Under the pieces are notes generated by a model. The model was not told the origin of the DNA and did not search any database. It was given only the letters and a program-made list of their open reading frames with translations. Position numbers and translations under genes: made by a program. This document shows, one piece after another, positions 1 to 12,237 of a stretch of DNA of 64,000 bases. Origin of the DNA: Frankiaceae bacterium (GTDB taxonomy: Bacteria > Actinomycetota > Actinomycetes > JAFAQI01); the NCBI GenBank assembly GCA_019239875.1, contig JAFAZI010000047.1, positions 39,870 through 103,869 of the forward strand. The letters run 5' to 3'. Numbering within the stretch: the first letter of the stretch is position 1; every line of letters starts with the position of its first letter.

Positions 1-2203
<2,203 letters not shown>

Positions 2204-2254
2204 GTGATCAAGTCTACGGACCGGATCCGAGCAATCCGACCGATTTCCAGCGCG

Positions 2255-2854
2255 TCAGACTTCCAGCGCGCGACGTCCTTCGAACGCGCGGCCGAGGGTG
2301 ACTTCGTCCGCGTACTCGAGGTCGCCGCCGACCGGGAGGCCGCTTGCCAGCCGGGTGACCTTGAGGTCCATCGGTTTCACCAGCCGAGCGAGATAGGTCG
2401 CGGTGGCCTCGCCCTCGAGGTTCGGGTCGGTGGCCAGGATCAGCTCCGTGACTGTGCCGTCGGCGAGGCGGGTCATCAGCTCGCGGATGCGCAGATCGTC
2501 GGGCCCGACTCCCTCGATCGGCGAGATGGCCCCGCCCAGCACGTGGTAGCGGCCGCGGAACTCGCGCGTGCGCTCGATCGCGACGACGTCCTTCGGCTCC
2601 TCGACGACGCAGATCACGGCGAGGTCGCGACGTGGGTCCCGGCAGACTCGGCACTGGCCTGCTTCGGAGACATTGCCGCAGATCGTGCAGAACTTGACCT
2701 TGTCCTTGACCTCGGTGAGGGCGTCGACGAGCCGCCGTACGTCGGCCGGGTCGGCGGCGAGCAGATAGAACGCAATCCGCTGCGCGCCCTTCGGACCCAC
2801 GCCGGGCAGCCGCCCAAGCTCGTCGATGAGGTCCTGGACAGGTCCCTCGTACAT
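2255..2854 (-). CDS. recR: recombination protein RecR
   Basis: [29 protein letters not shown]... with C4 zinc finger CxxC...CxxC and Toprim region. Start taken at internal ATG (2852-2854), matching canonical RecR N-terminus; the track ORF extends 15 codons upstream. Confidence 0.9.
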   Translation of the reverse strand: MYEGPVQDLIDELGRLPGVGPKGAQRIAFYLLAADPADVRRLVDALTEVKDKVKFCTICGNVSEAGQCRVCRDPRRDLAVICVVEEPKDVVAIERTREFRGRYHVLGGAISPIEGVGPDDLRIRELMTRLADGTVTELILATDPNLEGEATATYLARLVKPMDLKVTRLASGLPVGGDLEYADEVTLGRAFEGRRALEV

Positions 2855-2957
2855 CGCGTTACGCCCCCCAGGAATCAGCGTGTGACTTGTCAGCCTCACC
2901 GGTCGCTATGACGACCTCAGCGGCTGACAAGTCGGTGGGTGCGGGGACGAACGGCAC

Positions 2958-3287
2958 TTACAGCCCCGGGATCCCGAGGGCGCCACCCATGCCGCCGGCC
3001 AGCGGGCCCATTGTCTTGGCGGCGAGCCCATCAGCCTCGTCCTTCGCCGCGTGGACGGCAGCGACGATCAGGTCCTGCAGGGTCTCGATATCGTCCGGGT
3101 CGACCACCTTGGGGTCGATCGCGATCGCGGTGAGCTCGCCCGCACCGGACATCGTGGCCTTGACCAGCCCGCCACCTGCAGAACCCTCGACCGACTGCTG
3201 CGCGATCTCCTCCTGGGCGGCCATCAGGTCGCGCTGCATCTTCTGAGCCTGCTTCATCAACTGCTGCATGTTCGGCTGCGGAGGCAT
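2958..3287 (-). CDS. ybaB: YbaB/EbfC nucleoid-associated protein
   Basis: 109 aa, [25 protein letters not shown]...; conserved dnaX-ybaB-recR synteny. Confidence 0.85.
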   Translation of the reverse strand: MPPQPNMQQLMKQAQKMQRDLMAAQEEIAQQSVEGSAGGGLVKATMSGAGELTAIAIDPKVVDPDDIETLQDLIVAAVHAAKDEADGLAAKTMGPLAGGMGGALGIPGL

Positions 3288-3425
3288 GGCCCGAGCCTAC
3301 GGCGCACGGGTGACACCCGCCGCGGTTCGGCGACGTGAGTTTGGTGTCGTAGCCGACCCGCACCAGATCCGCATCGCGACACCAAGTCCGCATCGCCCAG
3401 CTTCCAGGGCTGCGGGCCCGGGGTA

Positions 3426-5291
3426 CTAGTTGTTGTCGATCTCGCCGATGACCTGGCCGCCCAAGATGTCTTGCGCGAGCGCAAGCGCGGCGTCGGCGGG
3501 GTCGCCTGCCGCCGCGGACTCGACCTCGTCGGACAGGTCGATCTCGTCCGGCTCGAGGTTCTCCGACGACACGGGTGCGACCGGTGCCGCAGGCTCGCTC
3601 GCACCCGGCGCTGGGGCGGGCGCTGTGGTTGGCGGCGGAGGTGAGCCGTCCCCCGTCGTCGCGCGGACTTTCAGGTCGAGGCCGACGACCTCTCGCAACG
3701 CCTCCGTCACGAAGTCCGCCACGTCGTTCGCGAAGCGGGTGGCCAAGGTCGGTGTCTTGAAGGACAACGTGAGGACGAGGCCGTCGAGGGACTCGATTTG
3801 CGACGACATCATCAGCGCGTGTGCCGTGCGACTGCGCTGCTTCACGGCGTCGAGGACCGAATCCCAGAGCCGGCGCAGGCCCGCGACATCGAGGCCGCCG
3901 CTCGACGGCGCGGGTGCCGCAGGCGGCGTCGGGCCGGGGGTCGCAGCGGCCGGCTCGGGCTCGCTCGCCGCAACCGGTTCCTCGGGTACGACGGGAGCCG
4001 CGGGCTCGGCGTGCCCGGGCTCGTCGGGACGCCGGACCGCTGCGTCGGCGACGTCAGGCGTGTCGGTGGCGACCGGTGGCACGCCGACCGCCGGCGCAGC
4101 CGCAGCGGCAGGCACGGCCCCGACGACGCCCGCTGCGATCCGCCGCTCGAGATTGTCGAGCCGGGCGAGCAGCGCCGAGGTGTCAGAGGCAGCGCCGGGC
4201 AGCAGGACCCGGGCACAGGCCAGTTCGAGCACGAGGCGCGGCGACGTCGTACCTCTCATATCCACGAGCGCCGCTGCCATCACATCGGCGGCACGTGACA
4301 GTGACGCCCGGCCGTAGTGTTCGGCCTGCGACCGCATCCGCTCCAGCTGGTCCGCGGGCGCGTCGAGCAGGCCGCTGTCCGCCGCGTCGGGTACGGCGTC
4401 GAGCACGAGCAGGTCGCGGAACCGCTCGAGCAGATCCTGCACGAAGCGGCGCGGCTCGAGGCCAGCCTCGATCACCCGGTCGATCGCACTGAACACCGCC
4501 GCGCCATCGCCGGTGACGAACGCATCGACGACCTCGTCCTGCAACGCCGCGTCGGTGTAGCCCAACAACGACAACGCTCGCTCGTAGCCGATGCCCTCGT
4601 CGGTCGCCCCAGCAGCGAGCTGGTCGAGGATCGACTGCGCATCGCGAGCCGAGCCGGCGCCGGCGCGGACGATCAGCGGCAGCACCAGCGGGTCGATCGT
4701 GATGCCCTCCGCCTCGCACAGCTTGGCGAGGTGATCGCGCATCACGTGCGGCGGAATCAGCCGGAACCGGTAGTGGAAGGTGCGGGACTTGATCGTGGTC
4801 AGAACCTTATCGGGTTCCGTCGTCGCGAAGATGAACTTCACATGCGGCGGCGGCTCCTCCACCACCTTCAGCAACGCGTTGAACGCCGCGGTGGTGATCA
4901 TGTGCGCCTCGTCGATCACGTAGATCTTGAACTGTGACGACACCGGCGCGAAGAACGCGCGTTCGCGAAGGTCCCGGGCGTCGTCGACCAGCCCGTGCGA
5001 CGCTGCGTCGATCTCGATGACATCGAGCGAACCCGGCCCCATCGGCGCTAGCGCGACGCACGAGTCGCAGTCGCCGCACGGTGTCGACGTCGGACCCTTC
5101 TCGCAGTTCAGCGACCTCGCAAGGATTCGCGCACTCGAGGTCTTGCCGCAACCGCGCGGCCCGGAGAACAGGTAAGCGTGATGGATCCGGCCAGAGTCCA
5201 GCGCCTGGCAGATCGGCTCGGTGACGTGCTCCTGCCCGATGACCTCCGCGAAGGTGCCCGGCCGGTACTTGCGATACAGCGCCAGCGACAT
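3426..5291 (-). CDS. dnaX: DNA polymerase III subunit gamma/tau
   Basis: MSLALYRKYRPGTFAEVIGQEHV...GPRGCGKTSSARILA...CGDCDSC; AAA+ clamp-loader motifs, Pro/Ala-rich linker, C-terminal tau domain. Start set at ATG 5289-5291; the longer track ORF runs through ffs and a tRNA and is an artefact. Confidence 0.9.
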   Translation of the reverse strand: MSLALYRKYRPGTFAEVIGQEHVTEPICQALDSGRIHHAYLFSGPRGCGKTSSARILARSLNCEKGPTSTPCGDCDSCVALAPMGPGSLDVIEIDAASHGLVDDARDLRERAFFAPVSSQFKIYVIDEAHMITTAAFNALLKVVEEPPPHVKFIFATTEPDKVLTTIKSRTFHYRFRLIPPHVMRDHLAKLCEAEGITIDPLVLPLIVRAGAGSARDAQSILDQLAAGATDEGIGYERALSLLGYTDAALQDEVVDAFVTGDGAAVFSAIDRVIEAGLEPRRFVQDLLERFRDLLVLDAVPDAADSGLLDAPADQLERMRSQAEHYGRASLSRAADVMAAALVDMRGTTSPRLVLELACARVLLPGAASDTSALLARLDNLERRIAAGVVGAVPAAAAAPAVGVPPVATDTPDVADAAVRRPDEPGHAEPAAPVVPEEPVAASEPEPAAATPGPTPPAAPAPSSGGLDVAGLRRLWDSVLDAVKQRSRTAHALMMSSQIESLDGLVLTLSFKTPTLATRFANDVADFVTEALREVVGLDLKVRATTGDGSPPPPTTAPAPAPGASEPAAPVAPVSSENLEPDEIDLSDEVESAAAGDPADAALALAQDILGGQVIGEIDNN

Positions 5292-5299
5292 CCAGCCGT

Positions 5300-5398
5300 C
5301 CTCCACCAGAAAGAGGACCCCCCGCGCACCCGCCAGAGCCCACTTACCCTTGCTGCCTTCCGGCCCTGGGGGAGTTGGGCGGGATAGCGCCGCACGAG
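5300..5398 (-). ncRNA. ffs: signal recognition particle RNA (small/4.5S-type SRP RNA)
   Basis: Minus-strand sequence ...CCCAGGGCCGGAAGGCAGCAAGGGUAAGUGGGCUCUGGCGGG... matches the conserved domain-IV motif (GGAAG...CAGC.AAGG) with flanking complementary arms (CCAGGGCC/GGCUCUGG). Sits immediately upstream of dnaX, as in other Gram-positives. Confidence 0.6.
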
Positions 5399-5480
5399 GG
5401 GTCGGCGTCCACTGTAGCCACGGGGCCCGACACCTGCGAGACAGTCCACAGGCGCGACGAGCCTCGCTAGACTGGCCGAC

Positions 5481-5569
5481 GGAGGATTCGCCTAGTTGGC
5501 CTATGGCGCACGCTTGGAAAGCGTGTTGGGGGCAACCCCTCGCGAGTTCGAATCTCGCATCCTCCGCCA
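5481..5569 (+). tRNA. tRNA-Ser (anticodon GGA) with encoded CCA
   Basis: GGAGGATTCGCCTAGTTGGCC...CGCTTGGAAAGCG...long variable arm...GCGAGTTCGAATCTCGCATCCTCCGCCA; 7-bp acceptor stem GGAGGAT/ATCCTCC, anticodon loop CTTGGAAAG, T-loop TTCGAAT. Confidence 0.9.
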
Positions 5570-5631
5570 AGGGCGGCATGAGCGTCGCTGCTCGAACGTC
5601 GCTGGCCTACCCGGCAGCGCTGCGTCTGCCG

Positions 5632-6159
5632 TCAGCGAAATCTTCCGCGCGCCATGTCGAAGACGACCCGCGGCTGATTCGGCGCAAACGCGATCACGAT
5701 GCGTGGTGACCGAATCCGGATGATGGCGCCCAGACCGTAGTTGCCCGGCATGCGCACGACCTGAGTCGGACCATTCACTCGGTTGTAGATCACGACCCCT
5801 CGGGAATCGGTGCCCGGTTGGAGCCCAATCAGGATTGTGTACAGGGATCCGCGGGGGCGTCGGTATAAGGCGAATGCGCAGTTTGCCGCGCGATACACGG
5901 TCAGGAGCGGTCCGGGAATCGCGATCGACGTGCATCGGTTGAGAACCAGCTCGCGCTTGAGGAGGCTGCGCTGCGGAAAGTCCATCGGCTTGCCGTGCGA
6001 GGGAAGCCGCTCTGGTTCGGAGGTCGGCAAGTCAAGCGACGGCGACTGAGTCGGCGACCTGCGACCAGTCGTTAGGTCGGAGTGGCTGCCATGTGAACAA
6101 GCGACAAGGGCTGAGCAGGCAAGGAGTGCCCCGACCCGACGCACGGCGTGCGGTCGCAT
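5632..6159 (-). CDS. hypothetical lipoprotein
   Basis: N-terminus MRPHAVRRVGALLACSALVACSHG has a positive n-region, hydrophobic core and lipobox LVAC|S. Track ORF starts 5 codons upstream on TTG. Lies in a lower-GC stretch. Confidence 0.4.
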   Translation of the reverse strand: MRPHAVRRVGALLACSALVACSHGSHSDLTTGRRSPTQSPSLDLPTSEPERLPSHGKPMDFPQRSLLKRELVLNRCTSIAIPGPLLTVYRAANCAFALYRRPRGSLYTILIGLQPGTDSRGVVIYNRVNGPTQVVRMPGNYGLGAIIRIRSPRIVIAFAPNQPRVVFDMARGRFR

Positions 6160-6329
6160 ACGAGCAGTGAACAACGCCCTGATCGTTCTGCCTAAGGCGT
6201 GTGCTGGACCGCGAGACCTGCAAACTGCTGACGCGGTGGCAGCTGCGTCGACGGTTCGCAGCCCTTCGCATCGACGCTGGGAAATCGGTTCTAGACTTGC
6301 AGACTTCGCTAACTATGTAACATCCCTGC

Positions 6330-6689
6330 ATGGCGCTTTCAACCCCCGCGATCGCCACCGCGAAGGCATCGCTTTTCCGAGCGCTCGCTCATCCGGTCCG
6401 AATTCGCATTCTCGAGATATTGGTTGACGGCGAGCAGTCCGTTGGTTCGCTTGCGGACGCTCTCGACATCGAGCTCCCACCGCTGTCTCAACAGCTGGCG
6501 GTGCTGAGAAGAGCTCACGTGCTGGTCACTCGCCGCGAAGGTTCGATGGTCTTCTATCGAGTGGCCGACCCCCGCATGTCGCAGCTGCTGGTCACGGCCA
6601 AGCAGCTGCTTGCCACCGACCTCGTCGAAAGCCGAGAGATCCTGGACAGCCTCGAGGCCTACCTCGTCGACGCGAACCAGAAGCGCTAG
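6330..6689 (+). CDS. ArsR/SmtB-family transcriptional regulator
   Basis: 119 aa; winged-HTH signature FRALAHPVRIRILEILVDGEQSVGSLADAL; ATG verified. Confidence 0.8.
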   Translation: MALSTPAIATAKASLFRALAHPVRIRILEILVDGEQSVGSLADALDIELPPLSQQLAVLRRAHVLVTRREGSMVFYRVADPRMSQLLVTAKQLLATDLVESREILDSLEAYLVDANQKR

Positions 6690-6693
6690 CCCG

Positions 6694-7032
6694 TTGGACA
6701 TCGTGTGCAGTATCGAAGAGCGAGACGATGCGACGATCGTCCGCGTCTCCGGCGACGTTGACGTCGTCGGAGCTCCGACTCTCCGACAGACCCTGATCGA
6801 AGTTCTCGCTCACGGGCCCTCGACGCATCTGATCATCGACCTGTCGCGTGTCCCGTTCATCGACAGCACCGGCATCGGCGTCGTAGCCGCTGCCTACCGT
6901 CGTGTCACCGCACGAAACGGCCGTTTCTCCACCGTCGCGACCTCTGAGGCAGTGCTACGAGTCTTGGAAATGACCGGCCTGGTCAAGATCTTGCGGGTCA
7001 CGTCATCGCTTGACGACGCGCTCCGTGAATAG
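6694..7032 (+). CDS. STAS-domain anti-sigma-factor antagonist (SpoIIAA-like)
   Basis: ATIVRVSGDVDVVGAPTLRQTLIEVLAHGPSTHLIIDLSRVPFIDSTGIGVVAAAYRRV...EAVLRVLEMTGL is typical STAS (conserved DSTG/phospho-Ser region). Track ORF begins inside arsR in another frame; start placed at TTG 6694 (GTG 6703 also possible) just after the arsR stop. Confidence 0.65.
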   Translation: MDIVCSIEERDDATIVRVSGDVDVVGAPTLRQTLIEVLAHGPSTHLIIDLSRVPFIDSTGIGVVAAAYRRVTARNGRFSTVATSEAVLRVLEMTGLVKILRVTSSLDDALRE

Positions 7033-7243
7033 GGCCCTCGAAAGGCAGTAGGGCCGCTACCTCCGTTTTTGCCTTCTAAACCCGACGTGATGATCATCAC
7101 TTTGCGACACGAGGCCTGCCAGATTTGAGCGTGAGTGCTAACTATCGCAAGCGCCCGGCACGCACTGGGACCAGCCGATCTGGATATTTCACGCTCATCT
7201 TGTTAACGTGGTGCTTGCTCAGAGCAAACGCCTGAGACCGTGA

Positions 7244-8107
<864 letters not shown>

Positions 8108-8125
8108 CGCGCCTCTTCTCCTCGA

Positions 8126-8162
8126 TGAATGTCCGTGCGGCTCAAAGGCCGCGCGGACATTC
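8126..8162 (+). terminator. putative intrinsic terminator hairpin after rpf
   Basis: GAATGTCCGTGCGGC-tcaaag-GCCGCGCGGACATTC: 15-bp stem (1 mismatch), 6-nt loop, 19 nt after the rpf stop; no clear U-tract (common in high-GC actinobacteria). Confidence 0.45.
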
Positions 8163-8236
8163 GTCGTCTCAGCCGAACGTGAGGTACGCCGACCCGCCGC
8201 CAAACTCGCGCGATCTGATGGTCCGGAAGAAATAGA

Positions 8237-9703
8237 GTGACGAACAGTGCCGTTGCGACGGCAGCAGCCGCACCAGCGGACGCATCGGCAGAGGGGCATC
8301 CAGTGGATTGGCAACCCGACCCGGAATCCGGGGTGGGCACAGCATCGTCGACTCCCGTCCGCGGACTGCGGGCCTACCCCGAGCTGGCGAGCCGCCTCGG
8401 TGCGATCCTCGTCGCCCTCGGCGTACTGGTTGCGATCCTCGAGCGGCGCGACGCCAACCACGACCTGCTCGCAGTCGGCCTGGCGGCCGCCTTCCTCGGA
8501 CGTGGCATCGCACTGCGCCGACCGGTGCTGTGGCAGCACATCGTCGGCGCCGTCACCCTGCTGGTCATCGCACACTTCGCCGGCCGCCGCGGCGACTTCG
8601 TCTTCGAGCAGGTCGCCATCGTTCTCGCCGGTGTCGTCGCGTTGTGGCCATCTCCCCCGCCGGCCGCGGGAACTAAGCCGCAACGGCGGCACATAGCGTC
8701 GCTGGTCAACATCACCGCGAACGACTGCGTCGCGCCGTTCGCGATGCGGCACGACAAGTCCTACGTCTTCTCCCCCGACGGGCTCGCCGCAGTCGCGTAC
8801 CGGGTCCGCTTCGGTGTGGCGGTCATGTCGGGCGATCCGCTGGGCACGCCCGAGTCGCAGCAGCTCGCCGTGGCGGAGTTCATCGACCTCGCGGAGCGCA
8901 ACGGCTGGCGGATCGGCGTGCTCGGCGCGGGCGAGAGCTGGGCTGGCTGGTGGCGCAAGCGCGACCTGCGAGCGCTGCCGATCGGCCGCGACGTCGTCAT
9001 CGACGTCGCGAGCTTCGAGATGTCCGGCCGGTCCTTCCGCAACCTTCGTCAGGCGGTCCAGCGAACCCGCAACGCGGGCGTCACCACTGAGATCTTCCCG
9101 GCTGACGAGCTGCCGCTGGACCTGTGCGCCGAGCTCCGCGCGATCGTGAAAAACAGCCGTCGCAATCCGAACCGCGGCTTCGCGATGATTCTCGACGGCC
9201 TTCTCGACGCCGAACCGCACCCCGGCACCCTGATCGCGGTCGCGTTCAACGCCGACCGCGAGGTCGTCGCGTTCCACCGGTTCAGCACTGCGGACGGCGG
9301 GCGTGAGGTCAGCCAGGACCTCCCGTGGCGCAAGCCGGGTGCTCCGAACGGCGTGGACGAGCGCCTCGCTCACGACGTGTTCGAGTGGGCCAAGGAGCGC
9401 GGCGCGCGGCGGGTGTCGCTGTCCTTCGCCGCCTTCCCGGAGCTGTACGAAAACGAGCGCAAGACCCGTGTGGAACGCGTCAGCTATTGGCTCAGTCACC
9501 GGCTCGACACCTTCATCCGGCTCGAGTCGCTGTACCGCTACCTGCGCAAGTTCCACGCGCTCGGCGATCGTCGCTACGTCATGCTGCGCCTGCGGGACCT
9601 GGTCCCGGTTGCCGCCGCGATGCTGACCTTCGAGTTCGCCACCCGCCGGCGCTCGCACGGCCGGTCGAACCGCTTCCGCAGCCTGTCGGCACCGCGGCGC
9701 TAG
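8237..9703 (+). CDS. DUF2156-domain membrane protein (C-terminal domain of aminoacyl-phosphatidylglycerol synthase MprF/LysX type; aminoacyl-tRNA-dependent transferase fold)
   Basis: N-terminal TM segments (LGAILVALGVLVAIL..., VGAVTLLVIAHFAG) then a region with strong similarity to the MprF C-terminal GNAT-like transferase domain (ANDCVAPFAMRHDKSYVFSPDGLAAVAYRVRFGVAVMSGDPLG...FEWAKERGARRVSLSFAAF). GTG start at 8237 as in track; true start uncertain. Confidence 0.6.
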   Translation: MTNSAVATAAAAPADASAEGHPVDWQPDPESGVGTASSTPVRGLRAYPELASRLGAILVALGVLVAILERRDANHDLLAVGLAAAFLGRGIALRRPVLWQHIVGAVTLLVIAHFAGRRGDFVFEQVAIVLAGVVALWPSPPPAAGTKPQRRHIASLVNITANDCVAPFAMRHDKSYVFSPDGLAAVAYRVRFGVAVMSGDPLGTPESQQLAVAEFIDLAERNGWRIGVLGAGESWAGWWRKRDLRALPIGRDVVIDVASFEMSGRSFRNLRQAVQRTRNAGVTTEIFPADELPLDLCAELRAIVKNSRRNPNRGFAMILDGLLDAEPHPGTLIAVAFNADREVVAFHRFSTADGGREVSQDLPWRKPGAPNGVDERLAHDVFEWAKERGARRVSLSFAAFPELYENERKTRVERVSYWLSHRLDTFIRLESLYRYLRKFHALGDRRYVMLRLRDLVPVAAAMLTFEFATRRRSHGRSNRFRSLSAPRR

Positions 9704-9707
9704 CCCT

Positions 9708-11097
9708 GATGCCGCGCGCCGAGCGGTACGAAGCGGCCTTGGACCGCGCCGCCCTGCACGCGCGAGCCTGGCTCGATTCACTCGCCGACCGACGGATCGC
9801 CCCCGGCGCCGACGCCGACAGCGTCCTCGCGGACCTCGGCGGTTCGTTGCCGGACGGACCGACCGATCCGGCGGAGGTCGTCGACCGCCTGGCCGCCGCA
9901 ACCGACGCCGGCCTGATGGCGATGCCCGCCGGCCGGTTCTACGGCTGGGTGATCGGCGGGACGCTTCCCGCCGCTCTCGGGGCTGACTGGCTGGTGAGTG
10001 CATGGGACCAGAACAGCGGCATGCGCAACGCGACTCCCGGCGTAGTCGCAGCCGAGGAGGCAGCCGCCAGCTGGCTGCTCGACCTTCTCGGCCTGCCCGT
10101 CGGCTGTGACGTCGGCTTCGTCACCGGCGCGACGATGGCCAACTTCACCTGCTTGTCGGCCGCGAGATACGACGTGCTCGCAAGGGCCGGGTGGGACGTG
10201 AACGAGCGCGGCCTCCAGGGCTCGCCGCCGGTCCGCGTAATCGTCGGTGACGAGCGACACGCGACCATCGACCTCGCACTGCGCTATCTCGGGCTCGGCA
10301 AGCCCACCGCGGTCGCGGCCGATCGGCAGGGCAGGATCGTGGTCGACGCGCTCGCCGCAGAGCTGGCGCGCAACTCCGGTCCGACCGTCGTGTGCCTGCA
10401 GGCGGGCAACCTGCACTCCGGCGCGTTCGATGCGATCGCCGACGCAGCGGCGGTCGCCCACGAGCATGGCGCCTGGGTGCACGTCGACGGCGCATTCGGA
10501 CTGTGGGCTGCCGCGTCATCGAGCCTGCGGCACCATCTCGCGGGACACGAGGCAGCCGACTCCTGGGCGACCGATGCCCACAAGACCCTCAACGTGCCCT
10601 ACGACTGCGGGGTCGCGATCGTCGCCGATCCGGTGCCGTTGCGAGCCGCCATGGGGACGACCGCGAGCTACCTCATCGCCGCCGATGACGGCCCCGGCGA
10701 TCCCTTGGAACGCGTCCCCGAGTTCTCCCGGCGAGCCAGGGGGGTCCCGGTGTGGGCGGCCCTGAAGTCGCTCGGCCGGTCAGGAGTCGAAGCCATGGTC
10801 GACGGCTTCGTCCGTCACGCCCGCGCGCTCGCGGCCGGGATCGCCGACCTCGACGGCGCCGAGATCCTCAACGACGTCGACTTCACCCAGGTGTGCGTGT
10901 CGTTCGGCACCGATGAACGAACGCGCGAGGTCACTGCCCGGTTGCTCGCCGACGGCGCAGTCTGGATGTCCGGATCGCGGTGGCGGGGCCGCGACGTACT
11001 GCGTATCTCCGTCAGCAACTGGTCGACCGACGAGTCGGACGTCGCGGTGTCGATCGACGCGGTGAAGCGCGCCGCGGCCCACGGCCGACTGGACTGA
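9708..11097 (+). CDS. pyridoxal-phosphate-dependent amino-acid decarboxylase (group II, aromatic-L-amino-acid/DABA decarboxylase family)
   Basis: 463 aa from ATG 9708 (MPRAERYEAALDRAALHARAWLDSLADRRIAP...); PLP-lysine region SWATDAHKTLNVPYDCG; track ORF starts upstream inside the previous gene. The ATG lies 2 nt after the DUF2156 stop. Confidence 0.75.
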
Positions 11098-11104
11098 GGG
11101 TCTA

Positions 11105-11136
11105 TTGGCGGTGGAGGTGGTTGGCGGTGGAGGTGG
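11105..11136 (+). repeat. perfect tandem duplication (2 x 16 bp TTGGCGGTGGAGGTGG) of the tRNA-Ser 3' terminus
   Basis: tattGGCGGTGGAGGTGGttGGCGGTGGAGGTGGgatttgaaccc: the second copy is the genuine 3' end (acceptor strand + discriminator + CCA) of the minus-strand tRNA; the first copy is an extra, truncated 3'-end copy. Confidence 0.8.
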
Positions 11137-11211
11137 GATTTGAACCCACGGAGGAGTTGCCCCCTCACACGCTTTCGAGGCGTGCTCCTTCGACCGCTCG
11201 GACACTCCACC
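11122..11211 (-). tRNA. tRNA-Ser (anticodon CGA) with encoded CCA
   Basis: Minus strand GGTGGAGTGTCCGAGCGGTCGAAGGAGCACGCCTCGAAAGGCGTGTGAGGGGGCAACTCCTCCGTGGGTTCAAATCCCACCTCCACCGCCA; acceptor GGTGGAG/CTCCACC, anticodon loop CUCGAAA, long variable arm. Confidence 0.88.
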
Positions 11212-11232
11212 GGCGACGAGCCTAGCCGAGTG

Positions 11233-11682
11233 TCAGCCGCGCCTGGCCTCGAACCATGACGCGAGCAGTGCCCCGCATTCCGCTGCGAGGACCCCGGCGA
11301 CTACCTCTGGGCGATGGTTGAGGCGGCGATCGCGGACCACATCCCACAACGACCCGACCGCACCCGCCTTGGGATCGGTCGCGCCATAGACGAGCCGCTC
11401 GACGCGGGCCAGAACGACCGCACCCGCGCACATTGTGCACGGCTCGAGAGTCACGACGAGGCTGCAGCCGGACAGCCGCCAGCCCCCCACCGCCGCCGCT
11501 GCTTCACGGATGGCCACGACCTCGGCGTGGGCAGTCGGATCACCACGAAGCTCGCGCTGATTGTGCCCGCGGCCGATCACGACCCCGCTCGCATCGACGA
11601 CGACCGCGCCGATCGGCACATCGCCCGCGACAGCTGCGAGCTCGGCCTGCTCGAGGGCAAGCCGCATCCAGGCTTCGGTCAC
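11233..11682 (-). CDS. tadA: tRNA-specific adenosine deaminase
   Basis: EAWMRLALEQAELAAVAGDVPIGAVVV...HAEVVAIREAA...LEPCTMCAGAV; CDA zinc motifs HAE and PCxxC. GTG start overlaps upstream stop (GTGA). Confidence 0.9.
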   Translation of the reverse strand: MTEAWMRLALEQAELAAVAGDVPIGAVVVDASGVVIGRGHNQRELRGDPTAHAEVVAIREAAAAVGGWRLSGCSLVVTLEPCTMCAGAVVLARVERLVYGATDPKAGAVGSLWDVVRDRRLNHRPEVVAGVLAAECGALLASWFEARRG

Positions 11683-12194
11683 ACCCCGCGGAGCTTGTCC
11701 AGTACGTCGAGACAGCCGGCCGCCTCGCAGATCGCGCTGATGACGTCGGAGGGCAGCTGGCCCTCCTCGGCGCAGAGCTCGAGGAGCCGAGCAGCCGACG
11801 TACCGAGATCGGTCAGCAGCGCCGGATCGCCGACGGGGTCCCCGTCGACGCGGGTGCCCTCCTCCTCGTCGTCGGCCTCGCCATCAGCGTCGTCGTCCAC
11901 GTCGACGTCGGCGGTCTCGATCGCCGCCTCCGCGAACAGTCCCGCGATCTCACTTGTTGCGATGGCACGTGCATCAGAGAGGAAGACGCGCGGGTCGCCG
12001 TCGGCGTCGATCCGGACGACCGCGAACCACTCGTCGTCCTCTTCGACGAACAACAAGGCGGTGTCGGCGTCGTCGCCGACCACTTCGCGGAGCAGCTCGA
12101 CCACGCTGTCGAGGTCTTCGACCTCAGAGAGCTCGAGCTCGTCCCCGTGCCAGGCGGAATCGACGCGGGCCATCGCCGCCGTTGCGTAGGTCAC
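11679..12194 (-). CDS. tRNA adenosine deaminase-associated protein (acidic, Rv3753c-like)
   Basis: Acidic 171-aa protein translationally coupled to tadA, in the usual position of the TadA-associated protein in actinobacteria. Alternative ATG at 12173. Confidence 0.55.
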   Translation of the reverse strand: MTYATAAMARVDSAWHGDELELSEVEDLDSVVELLREVVGDDADTALLFVEEDDEWFAVVRIDADGDPRVFLSDARAIATSEIAGLFAEAAIETADVDVDDDADGEADDEEEGTRVDGDPVGDPALLTDLGTSAARLLELCAEEGQLPSDVISAICEAAGCLDVLDKLRGV

Positions 12195-12237
12195 TTCTCC
12201 CCCAGGTCGTCACGGGTGATCATGCTGGCAGTCTTGC

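Noticed and set aside
3426-5579. Track's extended dnaX ORF (717 aa) starting at 5579
   Set aside because: The first 96 codons read through the SRP RNA gene and the tRNA-Ser gene; canonical DnaX N-terminus begins at ATG 5291.
7033-7075. Intrinsic terminator after the STAS gene
   Set aside because: Stem is only about 4-5 bp (GGGCC/GGCC-like) despite a TTTTT run; too weak to call as a feature.
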